Both the position numbers and the translations under genes were made by a program. This document shows positions 38,124 to 50,780 of a stretch of 64,000 bases of DNA, piece after piece (the stretch's first letter is position 1; every line of letters starts with the position of its first letter). Source of the stretch: Moniliella sp. 'wahieum'. Taxonomy: Eukaryota. Under the pieces are notes generated by a model. That model made no database searches. It worked only from the letters and a program-made list of their open reading frames with translations, and was not told where the DNA came from. Location of the stretch: positions 124,001-188,000 of the forward strand of contig RSEE01000002.1 of the NCBI GenBank assembly GCA_003971905.1. The letters are read 5' to 3'.

Positions 38124-39151
38124 TTACCGATACGAGGATGCCATGGCAACACCCTTGCGCGCCAGGTCAACGAAGCTTGCATTGGTCGATTGGCGGACTC
38201 CCAGCTCAATCTCGCGAAAGATCATGCCGCACACGACAGAGAGCATGGTGTCGCAATGCGGGGCCACTGTGTTCCAGCAGAAGATATTTGTGCGATTAGT
38301 GCGATCCAACTGGACGGAAACCAGCACGTACCCATCATATCATAATCATGGCCAAAGAGCTTGGTGAAGTCCGCAAATACTTTTCCATCAGTCGACGTGA
38401 TGCTCCACCCTCTCCAAATCGTCAGCTTAGCCAACAGGTTCACCACCGGACCTTGTACTTCCGGTCTCTCTTTGTCATCATTGATGCTACTGCTGGATGC
38501 GGTACGGGTGGTTGCCCGAGACAAGGCGGAGGACACGGATAGCAAATCATCAGAGACAGCGCGAAGGATCCGGTTGTTTCGCTCGACTTAGCCGCTTCCT
38601 CCTCCTGCCTCGCATCGGACGAGGCAAACGAATTGCGCGCCTTGATGGTAAGGGAAGAGGAAAGCCCATCACGCCCTCAATTGTCACCACAGCCTCGCCC
38701 GTATCGGGATCAAAGGCGGCCCAAAAGCCACGACGGCTGATGGAATAGCGTTTGCACTCCAGTAAGAGTTTCCCCTCCCTGTCGTACAACATTCGAGTTC
38801 GTGACCAGGCCCGTCCACGAGCCCAACGAAACTCAATCTGCTTCGATTTGGAATCCTGCCAGACAAAAGGGATCAGCTCCCTCTCGTGAATTCAAATCTC
38901 GTCCCAAACCAGAAAGGAAATAGAACGTACAAACGCAACCACTTGAAGATTCAGACCTGGGTCTGGGCCAATCCGGAGCACGACAGGTAAGTCATGATTG
39001 GCATAGTAAGGGTGTACCCCCATCCCTCTCCCAGCTACAGCCGGAAGAGGCATGTCTTCCGTCGGGGAAGTACTGGGAATTGGAGCCTTCTGGTCAGGGC
39101 TTGGGTCGGAGGCAAGAGGCAAGGCGCTGTCAGGAAGCGCACCAAAACCAT
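38124..39151 (-). CDS. LURP-one-related (Tubby C-terminal-like) protein, multi-exon
   Basis: LYDREGKLLLECKRYSISRRGFWAAFDPDTGEAVVTIEG and C-terminal VAPHCDTMLSVVCGMI resemble LOR motifs (L.D..G..L, V.PGVD.AL). GT-AG introns present. Confidence 0.6.
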
Positions 39152-39474
39152 CTTCGTCCTCGGTCGTGTCCTCGGTCGGTCGGTTGGCAGGGTTGTCGTA
39201 GGGAGGTAGGTCAGCTGCAGAGCCGTATACCGGCAGCTCATGGCTTCCTGTAAGGCCCTCCTGTATCTCGCGCCTTGGCCTTGTTGTCTTGTGCTTCGGG
39301 CAAAATCATTGTCGGTGCAGGGATGGCAGAAGGAGGATAAGAACCGCATCGCCTCGCGCGCGTCGCAGCCAACATGTACGTGGAGTAAATTAAAGCTGCT
39401 GGAGATTGGTACTTGAAATGTTCAATGAATTGTCATTCTCGGTCCGAGATCGGACCTCTCTCTCAGGACTATCA

Positions 39475-39523
39475 TAGTGACTAGTGACTAGTGACTAGTG
39501 ACTAGTGACTAGTGACTAGTGAC
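39475..39523. repeat. Perfect heptamer tandem array (TAGTGAC)x7, i.e. ACTAGT palindromes spaced by G
   Basis: Seven exact units read directly from the sequence. Confidence 0.98.
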
Positions 39524-40019
39524 TCCTCTCCACAGATGTGGACCATCGCAGCTCACGAGCTGATAGCGCCATATATACAACTAGTGGATGGAAGAAATAC
39601 TTCCTGTCTGTGCAAACCCGTGAAAGGGCCCCAGGCAATGAGAGGGAGATTACGCATCAAACGCTCCAATAAGGGAAAGCAAAAGACAAAAAGTATAGTG
39701 CGGACAAAGAGAAAAACGTGGATGATATGTATACAGAGGAGGACAGATGACGGTGTGTGTGTGGACAATGGATGCTGGTGAGATCGTAATAGAGGGGAGG
39801 TGGCGTGTTAGCGCAGACCGAGATGTAGATGAAGAGCCATGAGAACGAAAATGGGGGGAACAGCTGTTCATATAAGGGACGAGAAATGTATATACACACA
39901 GTAAGCCGCGCGAATGATGTGCCACAACGTTCGACAAACGAAAGAGGATGATGATACTGGGATTAGATCAGTACAAGAGTCACAAGATCAAATCCAACCG
40001 AGGTCTTGCCGGACTTGAG

Positions 40020-41405
40020 CTAGTTCGAGAATGTGCCGCCCTTCCTTGTACCGCTGTTGCTGGTCTTTAGCATAGATGTAAGTCCAGCCCAGCCGGTCCC
40101 CGCACAAGAAACATTGTTATCCGCGACCACATGCGCTCCCGTGGCAAGCGTGCACTCTTGTTCTAGCCCCCGGGTAGCATTGATAATCGAGTTCATCAGG
40201 TAGGCCGATGATTCGACTCCTTGGAATCGCGTGGAAATCAACTCATCCGTCAGCTCACCGGGATCCCGCATGAGCCACATCGCCATACCGACTCCCCGAC
40301 GGGGTACACATCTACTTGCTCCGTAACGATGGCCAATCGGGAGTCGAGCAATGCACCAGCACAATGTATTTTGGATGTTGCGGCTGTCCTTTTGCCGTAG
40401 TATCGTACGCCTGTTGACGATCTTTGCGAATAAAGAAACGGAGGCCCGAGGCATCCCAAGTTTGGCTGAACACCGGTTTAAACGAAGAGTCTGGCAGAGA
40501 CGAATATCGGCTAGGTGTCTGCATCTGTCCCCGCTGGGCTGCTTCTACTCAGCGCACACATGCCCAGTTGAGGGCAACCAACACGGATCGTGGCACGTTG
40601 TGCATGAGGCCAGTCTGGTTAAGATGGTCTGTGCGCACCCGCTTTTGCCGCCCCCTTGTCCTTCTCGAAGAGGTTACGTTGTCAGTGTTGGTCCTGGGAG
40701 AGAGTTTGGTATCGCGTTTTTGGATGGAAAAAACGTCGGGCGACGCTGAGCCTGCAGGATCGGGGTGCGAAAAGGAAGGACGGGAGCTAGTAGAAGGGAG
40801 CGGTGGGTTTGAGGGCCGAGACAAAGATGAATAAGGCGGTGGGGCGAGGGGGGGTCGTGATGAAGTTGCGCACATCAGATCACTCCTTCCTCCAGCATCG
40901 ATATCAGAGGTGAAGTTGTTCTCAACAAATGTGCCAGTGGGCGGGCTGGGTGCGGGCCCATCCAACTTTCCCGGTCGTGTCTGGGTGGGAGTAGATGGAG
41001 AAATTGAAGAGGATATGGTCGGGTGCGGCATGGAGGACATCCTGGCCAGCCGGGATAAGGCCGGGTTGTAGGTAGGGTGATGACGCAACATGGGACGTTT
41101 GTCAACAGACTTGCCTGGCAGGTTCGATCGAGGGGGTGGTTCAGCTACATCGATGGGCTGGGACTCCGACTTGGTAGTGGGTATATGGCGAAGGGGGGAG
41201 GAAGATGTGGCGGTGGAGGGTAAGGGGGCGGGAACATATGCGGATGTGGTGGGATGTGGTGGGGATTGGGCAAACAAATTCAATGCGAATTAAAAGGGGA
41301 ACTGGGTGGCCAGGATGGAGTGCCGAAAACACTGCGAACTGAGACGGCGCGTGCGCAGCTCTTTGAGGGAGTGGTCTCGGGGGGTGTACTCAATAATGTT
41401 GAACA
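40020..41405 (-). CDS. Hypothetical protein with Ser/Pro/Thr-rich N-terminal region
   Basis: Chained minus-strand ORFs (244 aa S/P-rich, then a 144 aa globular-looking C-terminus). No family recognised. Confidence 0.4.
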
Positions 41406-41977
41406 TGAAAGAAGAAAAGAAGGGACAAAGCGGGAGTGCATATACTAATATGTGGGTGGGCTGCCAGTGCCAGGCAGGGGGGAGATTGAGAGAAGATTGC
41501 TCTAAGACCCGGGGAGGAACCCAAGGAGTTGGGTGATGAACCTCTGGTGATATCAAGAGCAATGCAATCGCGATGGTGGTGGTTACGGTCTAAGTCTAAT
41601 GCCATACCTAGAGGAGACAGGGGTTCAAACAGGCCTGAGTATACACGTGGAGGCTTCGGAGGTCAAATAAGGGGGAAAGGGTGTGATAAATAAGGCGCAA
41701 CAGTGGCCTATGTACGGGACCGCGGGTCCCAGCAATTGCTACTTCTCAGGAACTCTCAGTATTACGTTTCCGCGCACAGGGAAGGAGGCCATCTCTTTGC
41801 CATACCTCAATCCCTCCTTTCTCTCAACGTTGTTCACCATTGGATTGGTTCTACAAGAATACTCACGCGCTCAGCACGCAGCCTTCATCATGCACACGCG
41901 ACGCTGATTCGCCTGAACCGTCACAAGAAACATAGAGGAAGAAAACACATAGAGGAAGAAAACAAAAACACGGATTT

Positions 41978-44274
41978 TCATAGTTTGGATCCGTCGCCCC
42001 GGATGCTTCACCACTGCGCATTTCCCCATCCCGAAGCATGGGAAGGATATGAGCCGTCCAGGAGGGGGCCACATGGAGCCCTGTATCGGGGAGGGAGTAG
42101 ATGTACTCGCCCAAGTGCTCCAAGCTGTGAGAGGAAGGGGGCAAAGGATGGTTGATCGGGTTGGCCTCGGCTTCAGCCATCAAACTTTCGTACACCCGAC
42201 CGTCTTGGCGCCCAAGCGACGAGCCCAACTCCCAGTCCGTCCACCCAAACGCATCTGTCAAACCGATCACCTGGGGGTCAGGTCCGTGACCAGGTGGCGC
42301 ACCGCCACCTCCAGACTAGCCACTTTCGGGGGACAAGAGTGCGGCCGCCCTAGAGCAAGGGAACGGCCAGCCCGGCTGGGAAGGATCAACGGCGTCAAGT
42401 CACGCTGGAGACAGACGAGCAGCATGGAGCGTGACCATCCGGTCCATCCACACTGCTTGCTCTGGTCCCAAGCGTTGAGAATGTGAAGCAACGGCCTCAG
42501 AAAACCAAGTGTTGACGACCAATTCCGCATGCGAGCGAGCCAGTTCGACGGCATCCCAGGACAAATCCGACTGGGTGCGCCCCAGAGCTCGGCGGAAAAG
42601 TCGGCCACCCTGCGGGCCGCACGGAGCTCGAGGGCGGCGGTATACACATGGGCTGGTACCAGTCTTGCGCTGTTGATGGGGAGGAGCTCCATGGAACCGC
42701 ATGCGGGTCCTGGATCGCACGTAAAAAGTTCATTAGGCTGGAGATTTTCCTGCGGGTGCTTGGTCAGTTGCGAGAGCACTTGATTGTCCCGCGAGCCAAC
42801 TGCTGGGCCAAAACAAAGTTGTCCCCTCGTACGTCACGCTCGGGAGGTTGTTAGGGAAAATGAGGAAAACCCCGAGTAGACGGAAAAGCCATGGCCACCG
42901 AGCGCTTGGCGTGCCTCTTCGATCCCATCGATCACCTGTTTGTGCAGTAGGCCTTGAGACTACTGGAGGCAACATGCACGTCCGCCAGGAGACCTGTATT
43001 CCCTTGATCCAGTTGCAGAGCCATATCATCATACAAGTCATGCATCGCTTGCCAGCTAAAATGTACGCATAACTTTCGCCAACAGAGGCACCACGCGGCG
43101 TTGAACAGAGGTACGTGAGCACACTTTGTTCGGGCGCAGAGGCGTCGGCGATCGGGTTGCGGAATTGCCGTCGAACAGAAAGGTATCGTAAAGCAATGGT
43201 GGTGGCCCTGGCCAAGGCCCACCCATGTCGTCGATCATTTGGCTACGGATGAAGATCATACTCCCGTAGCTCAACTTATCTGACGGCGGGCGAACGTACT
43301 TGCCATCAGGCGTGATATGGGCATGTTTCGCCAACATGTTGACCGGGGCACCTTCACGTGGGTGAACCGAACCCACCCTGAAGAGAAGAGAGTAGCAACT
43401 GTTGGTTCTAGGACGACGGGGAACATGTGTGCCAACTGCCGTGTTCGACAGACGCAAATAGGCGTCCTACAAAAACGTACCGTATCAGTTCCAGCAACCC
43501 CGTATACCTTGGGCCCATATCGCCCGCCGAATACAGGAAGTAGATCCCCCGTCTTCACGTTGCGGAGCGGCACAAAGAAAAGGTGCGGTCCATAGTGGGT
43601 CCCGTTGCTCCACAGCTGGGCTTGAACTAGGCATGGGTAGCGGTCAGGCCTGCCGCTCCTGCCCACCACTTGGTGCTGGTGAGGGTGTGAATGTCAAATG
43701 AGTCGCTGGCCGCGTCGAACGTGGCTGTCGTCTCGAGAGCTTGGACGTTGGTCCCGTGCCCCAGCTCAGTTTGAAGATAGCACCCCAAGATTTGGTGTGC
43801 CATGGCCTTGGCGGCCCATCGGTCGATTTGCTCGGGGCTGCCCTGACTCATGATTACCGGAACAAAGGCGACCCAGTGGAGCGAGAGAGGGGAGACGAGG
43901 TCCAGGGCGTTCATCGCCTCAACGAGTTGGTACACGTCCCACTCGTGCGTGTCGCACAGGGATACCAGACGGTGGCAGCCGAGGTGGGTGAGGGCCATGA
44001 CTTGGTCGCGGGAGAGATGGGGCATGCGCTTTTTCCAGCTGCCAAAGACTGGGTCGGCCTCCAAGACGGAGAGAACGTGCTTGCGGCCCTCGAGACTGAC
44101 CCGCCCATCGCGGATCACGGCCTCAATCTTTTCCGGGTCGAATGCAGTCGCAGCGCGCATGTCCGCCATGTCCTGCCCAGTGCGGGCGGCATGAGGCCCG
44201 AGAGGCACTTGAAGTGAAATGCAGGGGGTGCTGGATGGCGCCAGGGGCGCGTTGTTGGCGCTGAGAGGACGCAT
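41978..44274 (-). CDS. Peroxisomal acyl-CoA oxidase, C-terminal PTS1 (SKL)
   Basis: GCYLQTELGHGTNVQALETTATFD, KWWAG, GPHLFFVPLR, YGSMIFIRS, ATTIALRYLSVRRQF, PSVTYEG and TDAFGWTDWELGSSLGRQDGRVYE. A shifted frame ends GAC GGA TCC AAA CTA TGA = DGSKL*. Confidence 0.95.
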
Positions 44275-44788
44275 GACGCGAGGACAGAGTGTAGTGTTGC
44301 GAGATGTTTAGCGGGGTAGAGTGAGAGGATGTGGTGGAGGGGGAGGGGAGACTGGGTTGGGTTGGGTATCCCAGCTCCAATCTCCGACCCTTTCCAGACG
44401 AAGCACTGTCCTCATTTGGGATCACTCGATCACCGATCATTGATCATCTGAGCTTTCAGGCGATGTTGGGTGGACCCCCGCCTGCCCCACCATCAGAAAC
44501 GGTGGGGGACGCACGGCCGGTCATCCGGTTATACTAGAAGGGACTACTAAGCACCAAGTACCCACCCGGCGAAAAGCCGCCCGGTGTGGGGCAAATGTCA
44601 ATATGTCAAAGCGCACAGGGGGGATCCTATCACGCGATCACGCATCGTGCATCGATCCGTCATCGACCAGAGCATCCATCATTCATCATGCATCCACCCC
44701 GCACTCTCTCCCCACCGGAACACCAGCCCCTCCTAAACGCCGCAATCAGCTGCCCAGTTTCCCTTCTGTCCCCCACCACCATCCCACC

Positions 44789-46434
44789 ATGCCGACCTCA
44801 GGAAAAGTGTACAGTGCGTTGCCTGCTTTCGCCTTCCATTTTCCACTCGCCGCTCTGGCACATGGCTCTCTGCTGATATCCGCGTCTTTGTGATGCACCT
44901 TTCTCCCCCCAGTCGTCGGCGTAGGCATGACCAAGTTCGACAAACCGAGGGGGCTGCGGGACTACCCCGAGCTGGGCCTCGAGGCGGCAGTCAAGGCACT
45001 GAAGGATGCCGAACTGACCTATGACGATATCCAGTCCGCCGCGGTTGGCTATTGCTGTGTGTATGCCCTCCATCGTCTGATGCTCTCCTACAGCATCCCA
45101 GCCAACCTGTGCAACGTGCTGACCCCCAACGGATGCGGTAGATGGCGACTCGACCTGTGGCCAACGGGTGTTGTATCAGTTGGGATGCACTGGCATCCCC
45201 GTGGTCAATGTCAACAACAACTGTTCCACCGGATCAACCGCCTTTGCCATGGCTGTCAACAGTGTGCTGGCCGGTCAAGCCGAATGTGCCTTGGCCCTTG
45301 GCTTTGAAAAGATGGCATCGGGCTCACTGGGTTCCGCATGGCATGATCGTTGCTCTCCGCTCGAAGGCACCTTGACCCAGTTGGGGGAGATTGAGGAGGA
45401 AAAAGAGTATACGACGGAAGACCATGGCCCCTTTGCCGCACGCATTTTTGGCGCGGCCGGGCTCGAGTACTGTGAGCAGCATGGAGCAACGTGGGAGCAT
45501 ATTGCTCAGATTGCAGCCAAAAATCATTTGCACAGCACTAAGAATCCATATGCCCAGTTCCGCCAGAAATGTCGGCGAAAGACGTTCTGGGATCGCGCAA
45601 GGTGACGCGCGAGCTGACATTGCCCATGTGCAGTCCTACGTCGGACGGAGGCGCGGCGGCGGTGGTGGTTTCTGAGAAGTTTGTCAAGGAGCACCATCTG
45701 GAAGATCGGGCGATCGAAGTGGCTGGATTGGGCATTGCGACTGACTCGGTGCATCTTTACGCGCGATCGCAACCGGATCGAGTTGGCTGGTGCTGACATG
45801 ACCCGTCGGGCTGCTCAGCTCGCTTATGACCAGGCTGGCATCACGCCCGAACAGGTTCAAGTCATTGAGCTGCACGACTGCTTTGCGCCGAACGAATTGA
45901 TCACTTATGAGCCGCTCGGCTTGTGTGGCCCGGGCCAGGCACACAAGTTGGTGGAGCGCGGTGACAATACCTTTGGAGGGTACGCCTTCTCCCCCTGTTT
46001 GCCTTCAATGTTGAGTCAACAACAGCCGTTTCACCGTCTCTCTGACCATCCCTCTTGTATTGTAGCAAATGGACTATCAACCCTCGGGCGGATTGGAAAG
46101 CAAAGGACACCCTCTAGGCGCAACGGGCCTAGGGATGATCTTTTACCTTACCCTTCAACTGCGTGGCGAGGCGGGGAAGCTCCAAGTCCCGAATGTCGAG
46201 CACGTACTGTCGCACAACCTTGGTCTAGGAGGCTGCTGCATTGTCTCCATCTTGCGTCGGCCGAGCTTCTACCGCGCCACTCCATCCTCCTCCATGAGCC
46301 AGCGGTTCGGGTATGCGATCGCGGACGAGTGCCGCACCATTACCCAGGCCGATTTTGACCAGGTCAAGTCCCACCGTCACTTCACGGACTATGTACCGCC
46401 TTCGCTCCCTGAGCCTGTGGCCTCCAAACTCTAG
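44789..46434 (+). CDS. SCP2-type (SCPx) peroxisomal thiolase without fused SCP2 domain, PTS1 SKL; at least 3 introns
   Basis: [81 protein letters not shown] and HNLGLGG; ends VASKL*. Confidence 0.95.
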
Positions 46435-46704
46435 CCAGGATAAGAGATAGCTGCGCTGATCCCTCCTATCACGAGATGAATCCACACTCCTCCGTGCACC
46501 CTTTGACCATATCGATCTGGATAGAGCCGCCATAAGAGCGGTTGGCATAAGTAGCAGTAAACAGTGACCTTGTGACCATGTCCCCGAGTTAAAGGTGCAG
46601 TGAGCAAGCCGCAGAAGAGGGAGCATGGGTATGGCGAAAGCAGCAAAGGGTACTAGCAGTGGATAATTAGAGGTAGACTCCCAAGGGGAATGTCAAGATG
46701 ATGA

Positions 46705-47408
46705 TTAACCCGAATAGAGTTGGACTGCGTCACTCGTGTACCGTTCGACCACCGCACAAAAGGACGGTCGGCATCTTGAGCAACGAGAACAGCGTAGTGC
46801 TCCAAGACAAAAGCACTAGTGATTGGCGGAGGCACCAGATCTTCGCACTCGGGGCGCATCTGACCTCCGATCCCAGCATCTCCAGTTGGAGGAACCGGTG
46901 GCGAAAGCACATGGTCGACACAGTGGGAACGCGTGTACTTCAGAGGCAGGACTACTCTGCCAAAGGGGACCGTGGTTGACTCGAGCTCCTTGCGCATGGC
47001 GCTCGTCAAGGCCGTAGGGCGATACCAGTTATGGGCCTCAGACAATACACACTGCCCGCATGCCAGCCGGACGTGACGATAGTGTAGAAGCTCGTCTTTG
47101 GACGCCTTGAGGAGAATCCGTGCTTGGGCTTCCAAGTCGGAGGGAGGGGGGTGCAGGAGACGATGGGCGGCGACGCGTTGGGCTGCAGCCCGTGCAGGCC
47201 ATCCACGAGGGACAGCAGCTGCAGACGTCGTCTTGATCCGTGCCATAGCGGATGTGCATGTTTCCTCCAGGACGGCGGTGGCAGAGTTGCGGGTGCGAAG
47301 CTCAGCACTGAATGCGGCGATGGCCGCCTTTGTTACCGCGGGTGCTGGCTCGCAGAGGGCGGGGGGCATGGGCAGTTGGGAGCAAGGTAGTGTGTCGGGC
47401 AGGCTCAT
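46705..47408 (-). CDS. Chorismate-lyase-fold (UbiC/UTRA-like) hypothetical protein of bacterial type; intronless
   Basis: SATAVLEETC, YRHVRLACGQCVLSEAHNWYRPTALTSAMRKELESTTVPFGRVV, VLEHYAVL and, in a shifted frame, VVERYT...*. Recognised from memory as a conserved proteobacterial hypothetical family. Confidence 0.75.
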
Positions 47409-47813
47409 CCGTTGCCGTGCTCCAGGGAAGAAAGACCGCGCGGAAGAAGGAACGGGGGCAGGGGCGCACGAAAAGAGAGGCGTGGAGGGGTGGGGCAGCC
47501 CCTTGGTGACTGCGAACGGGAAGGAGGGCCGCGGTTGAATTTCAGCGACCGGCCGCAAGAAGGTGTTAGATCGTAGATCTGGGAATTTGCAGGCCGCTGC
47601 TCAATCAAATTAATCAGGGGGGCTTGGAGTTTGAAGCTTGAACGTTGAAACCGGGGCCTGCTTGAAATGTTCATTGCTCATATCAGCCACCCACCACGTC
47701 GGCGCTAGAGGGCGGGCGCAATGCACACCGGGCCGCCTCGTCCGCAGCGCTCCCGCCGCAACCTCTCCGCCGCCACTCTCCGCCCCACCTTCTCCCCTCG
47801 TTGGCGCAGTGGC

Positions 47814-49628
47814 ATGGATCCAGCGGTGGTGCGTCCCTGGCTGCGCTCGGTCGTCGGCCCTTATGCGCTTGGGACCGTGTCTTTGCCCAGGTCGATGCCG
47901 TTCTGCAGCAGCGCGGCCTGCGTGTCGCGACCGATGTCTACACCTCCGACGATGGCCGCTCCGCCCTCCTCATCCGCCTCGCAGGCACGCTGCCCGTCAC
48001 CTTCCGTGGCTCGCAGTACAACATCCCCATCGTCATCTGGGTTCCCCATGCGTACCCGCGCGAGCCGCCCCTGATCTATGTCGAACCTACGCGCGGCATG
48101 GCCGTGCGCCCAGGACACCCCTTTGTCCAGCTCGACGGCCGCGTTGGGTCCGGCAAGGCATGGAAGGCCCAGGCTCCTACCTTGCCCGGTGGGAACGCAA
48201 GTGGGAAGCGTCCAATTTGGTTGACTTGCTGGCCGACTTGCAAGAATGTTTTGGTGCTGACCCTCCGGTGTATGCCGAGCCGGCTGCCGCGCCAGTTGCT
48301 GCGTCCGCCGCAAACGTCCCTTCCCCTGCACCTACGCCCACACTCGCCCACACACAGCTCCCCCGATCCTTCCGGCTCAGTCGCAGATCCAAGCTCCGGC
48401 TCCGCCTTTGGCCCCGAATCCAGCTCCGGCTCCGGCTCCCCCCCACAGGGCCCGCCTCGTCCACCCCCAATCCCCGGGCAGCAGCCTTTGCATGCCCCGA
48501 TCGTTTCACAGCCTCCTCCGCCAATCTGGCTGGCAGCGGGAGCGCTCCCGTCCCGCCTCCCAAACCCCCCGGCGCTGCGCCCATTGCTGTTGATATGACG
48601 GGGGGCAGCAATGGAAACGGGTATAGATCAAGTCCCTTGCCCGCCACACCCTCCCCTCTCCGCCCTCCCTCACGACAAGCGACGACATATGCCGGCTACG
48701 TCCCCCCTGGCTACCCGCTGTCCCAACCTTATCCTGGGCAGGCCCTTCTGCTGGATGGACACCGCCGCCGCTCCAGTCCAACAACATTTCTGAATCGATG
48801 CGGCCTCAGGATCGTCCTGGATTACCGCATGGTGCCTCGCTAGCTCATGCTAGACCTACGTCGCTGCCTCCACCCGCGCTCCCGCCCCCGCCTCCGTCCG
48901 AGGTGGCACAGTCCCAGCTGCACCATTTCTCTTCCCCTCCCCTCCCTCCCCTTCCCGCTGGTGTGGTCCTCCCCCCCGCCATTGGCCCCACGTGATCTGA
49001 TGGACGAGGAGGACCAGCCTGAGGTGCCCAAACCAGCGCCTGTGCGGCCACCTAACCCCGAGCTGCTGAGGTTGCATGAACAGCTGCATGCCCGGGTGGC
49101 CGATCGGGTGAACACCATCTTTGGCTCGTTGGACGAGGAAGCGCGAGGCCTGATGGCCTTGAGCGACGATCTAGATCGCGGCCAGCTGGCCATCGCGGAC
49201 GAATCTCGTCGGCTGGAGGCGGTGCGAGACGTGTGTCGTGCGCATGCGGAGCGCATGACCTCCCACAACGAGTTTGCCGCTCGCACCTTGGAGACAGTCC
49301 AAACCAAGATTGTGGAACGGCTGGAAGGCCCCGATGCGGGTGACGACTGGATCATGGCAACCAGCATTCCGGATCAGCAGTACGTTTTTTTCCCCTTGCT
49401 GATGCCGTTCATGTTGGATACTAACGCTTTAGTAATCCCTGGAGGTTGATTGACTTGGTCGCCGAGAGCAACGCGATTGAGGACACGATGTACCAGCTTT
49501 CACGTGCGTTCAATGCGGAGACAATCACATTGGATCACTTCCTCAAGAACGTCCGCATGCTCGCTCGAGATCAGTTCCTCAAACGCGCGTTGGCAATGCG
49601 GATTGCAAAGGAAGTGCGAAGTTCGTGA
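47814..49628 (+). CDS. VPS23: ESCRT-I subunit Vps23/TSG101 (UEV, Pro-rich region, coiled coil, SB domain); intron about 49380-49445
   Basis: DVYTSDDGRSALL..LAGTLPVTFRGSQYNIPIVIWVPHAYPREPP (UEV), PPNPELL, and QLIDLVAESNAIEDTMYQLSRA...FLKNVRMLARDQFLKRAL (steadiness box). Confidence 0.95.
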
Positions 49629-49729
49629 GAGTACAAGCCCAGAGTAGGTGAGCCTCAAGTACAACCATCTCAGGGCTCAGGAGCCGGCGGGGCGGGGGGT
49701 CTTTTCCCTTCCACTCCCTCGTTCTGACC

Positions 49730-50780
49730 TACTACTTCACGGATCCAAGGCGAAATATGAAGGATACACTTTGTTCACCGGGTATCGTATAGATGGCCCC
49801 GTAGCGAAGGAACAAGGTGCGATTGAGGCAGCAAATTCGATTGGGCGATGCCTCCACCATGTCACTGGGTTCGGCAAACAGGGCCGGAAGGTTTGAGGGC
49901 TGTACTCACTTATTCTCTTGGGGATCGAATGCAGTGACCCCGGTCTCGTACAATGTTTGCTGGCTAAAAGTGGAGTCTGGTACAGTTGATCCCAAGCCCG
50001 ACAGGGACCAAAGAAGTGGAGGGCACTATGGGACGAATGGAAGGCACATCGATGTTCCGAAGGGCATCAACATCATGATGGTTCTCTGATTACTTTTCTG
50101 GAATTGGGGTAGGTAGGCTAGTAGGAAATACAACAAGCTGATAAAAACAAGGGAGTGGGAGGTGGCATGCACCATCCTGGCTCAAGCTCTTTGTCGAATG
50201 CAAATACGTCCCAAACGATTTCATCCGCCTCATCAAGTTGGCGGGCCGTCTCAAAGAGAGTCAGCCCTACCTGGTACAAGATCAAGAGTCTCGCATAGAT
50301 GGGCCAATGTGATGACAGAGCCAATAGACCAGTTCAGATCTATATAGATGTTGTGCCCGCTCTCTCTCTGTTGCACTTGAGACCCACGGCTTGTGAGTCA
50401 CTCGTTAGTAAGTAGTAGCCTTCCCGAAGTACATAACGCCCGTGTCTTGCGGTCCGGTGGGCAGTGTCCACATTCGCACCCACATCTGCATCCACATCCT
50501 CTCCTCCTCACCGCCATCGAGAAAGATCTGGCAGTAGATCGTGGAACTCTTCATCATTGAGGCAGTCCTGTAGGTAACGTCCGATGAAAATGTGACTTTG
50601 ACGGTGACGGTTATATTGCACCTCTTTGCCACAGCCCCCACTCGACTCTTCTTGGAGGTAAACGAACGAGGGAATTCACATCAAGAAGCTACGTCTCATC
50701 GTATAGTCATTGTCGGAAGCGAGACAACAAGCGTTCCACATACTACCTAGCGGAGGCGGTGTGGAAACGGGCAAACGAGA
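49730..50780 (-). CDS. Possible hypothetical protein (fragmented)
   Basis: Protein-like minus-strand fragments (GRYLQDCLNDEEFHDLL, GRYVLREGYYLL, LFETARQLDEADEIVWDVFAFDKELEPGW). Boundaries unresolved. Confidence 0.3.

Noticed and set aside
39475..39523. CRISPR array or telomeric repeat
   Set aside because: No spacers and no cas genes in a eukaryotic context; the unit is not TTAGGG-like and lies internally.
23703..47408. Bacterial contamination or chimeric contig as the source of the bacterial-type genes
   Set aside because: No operon structure; each gene is separated by fungal-type intergenic DNA carrying the same heptamer motifs and is interleaved with intron-containing genes. Read-level confirmation is still advisable.
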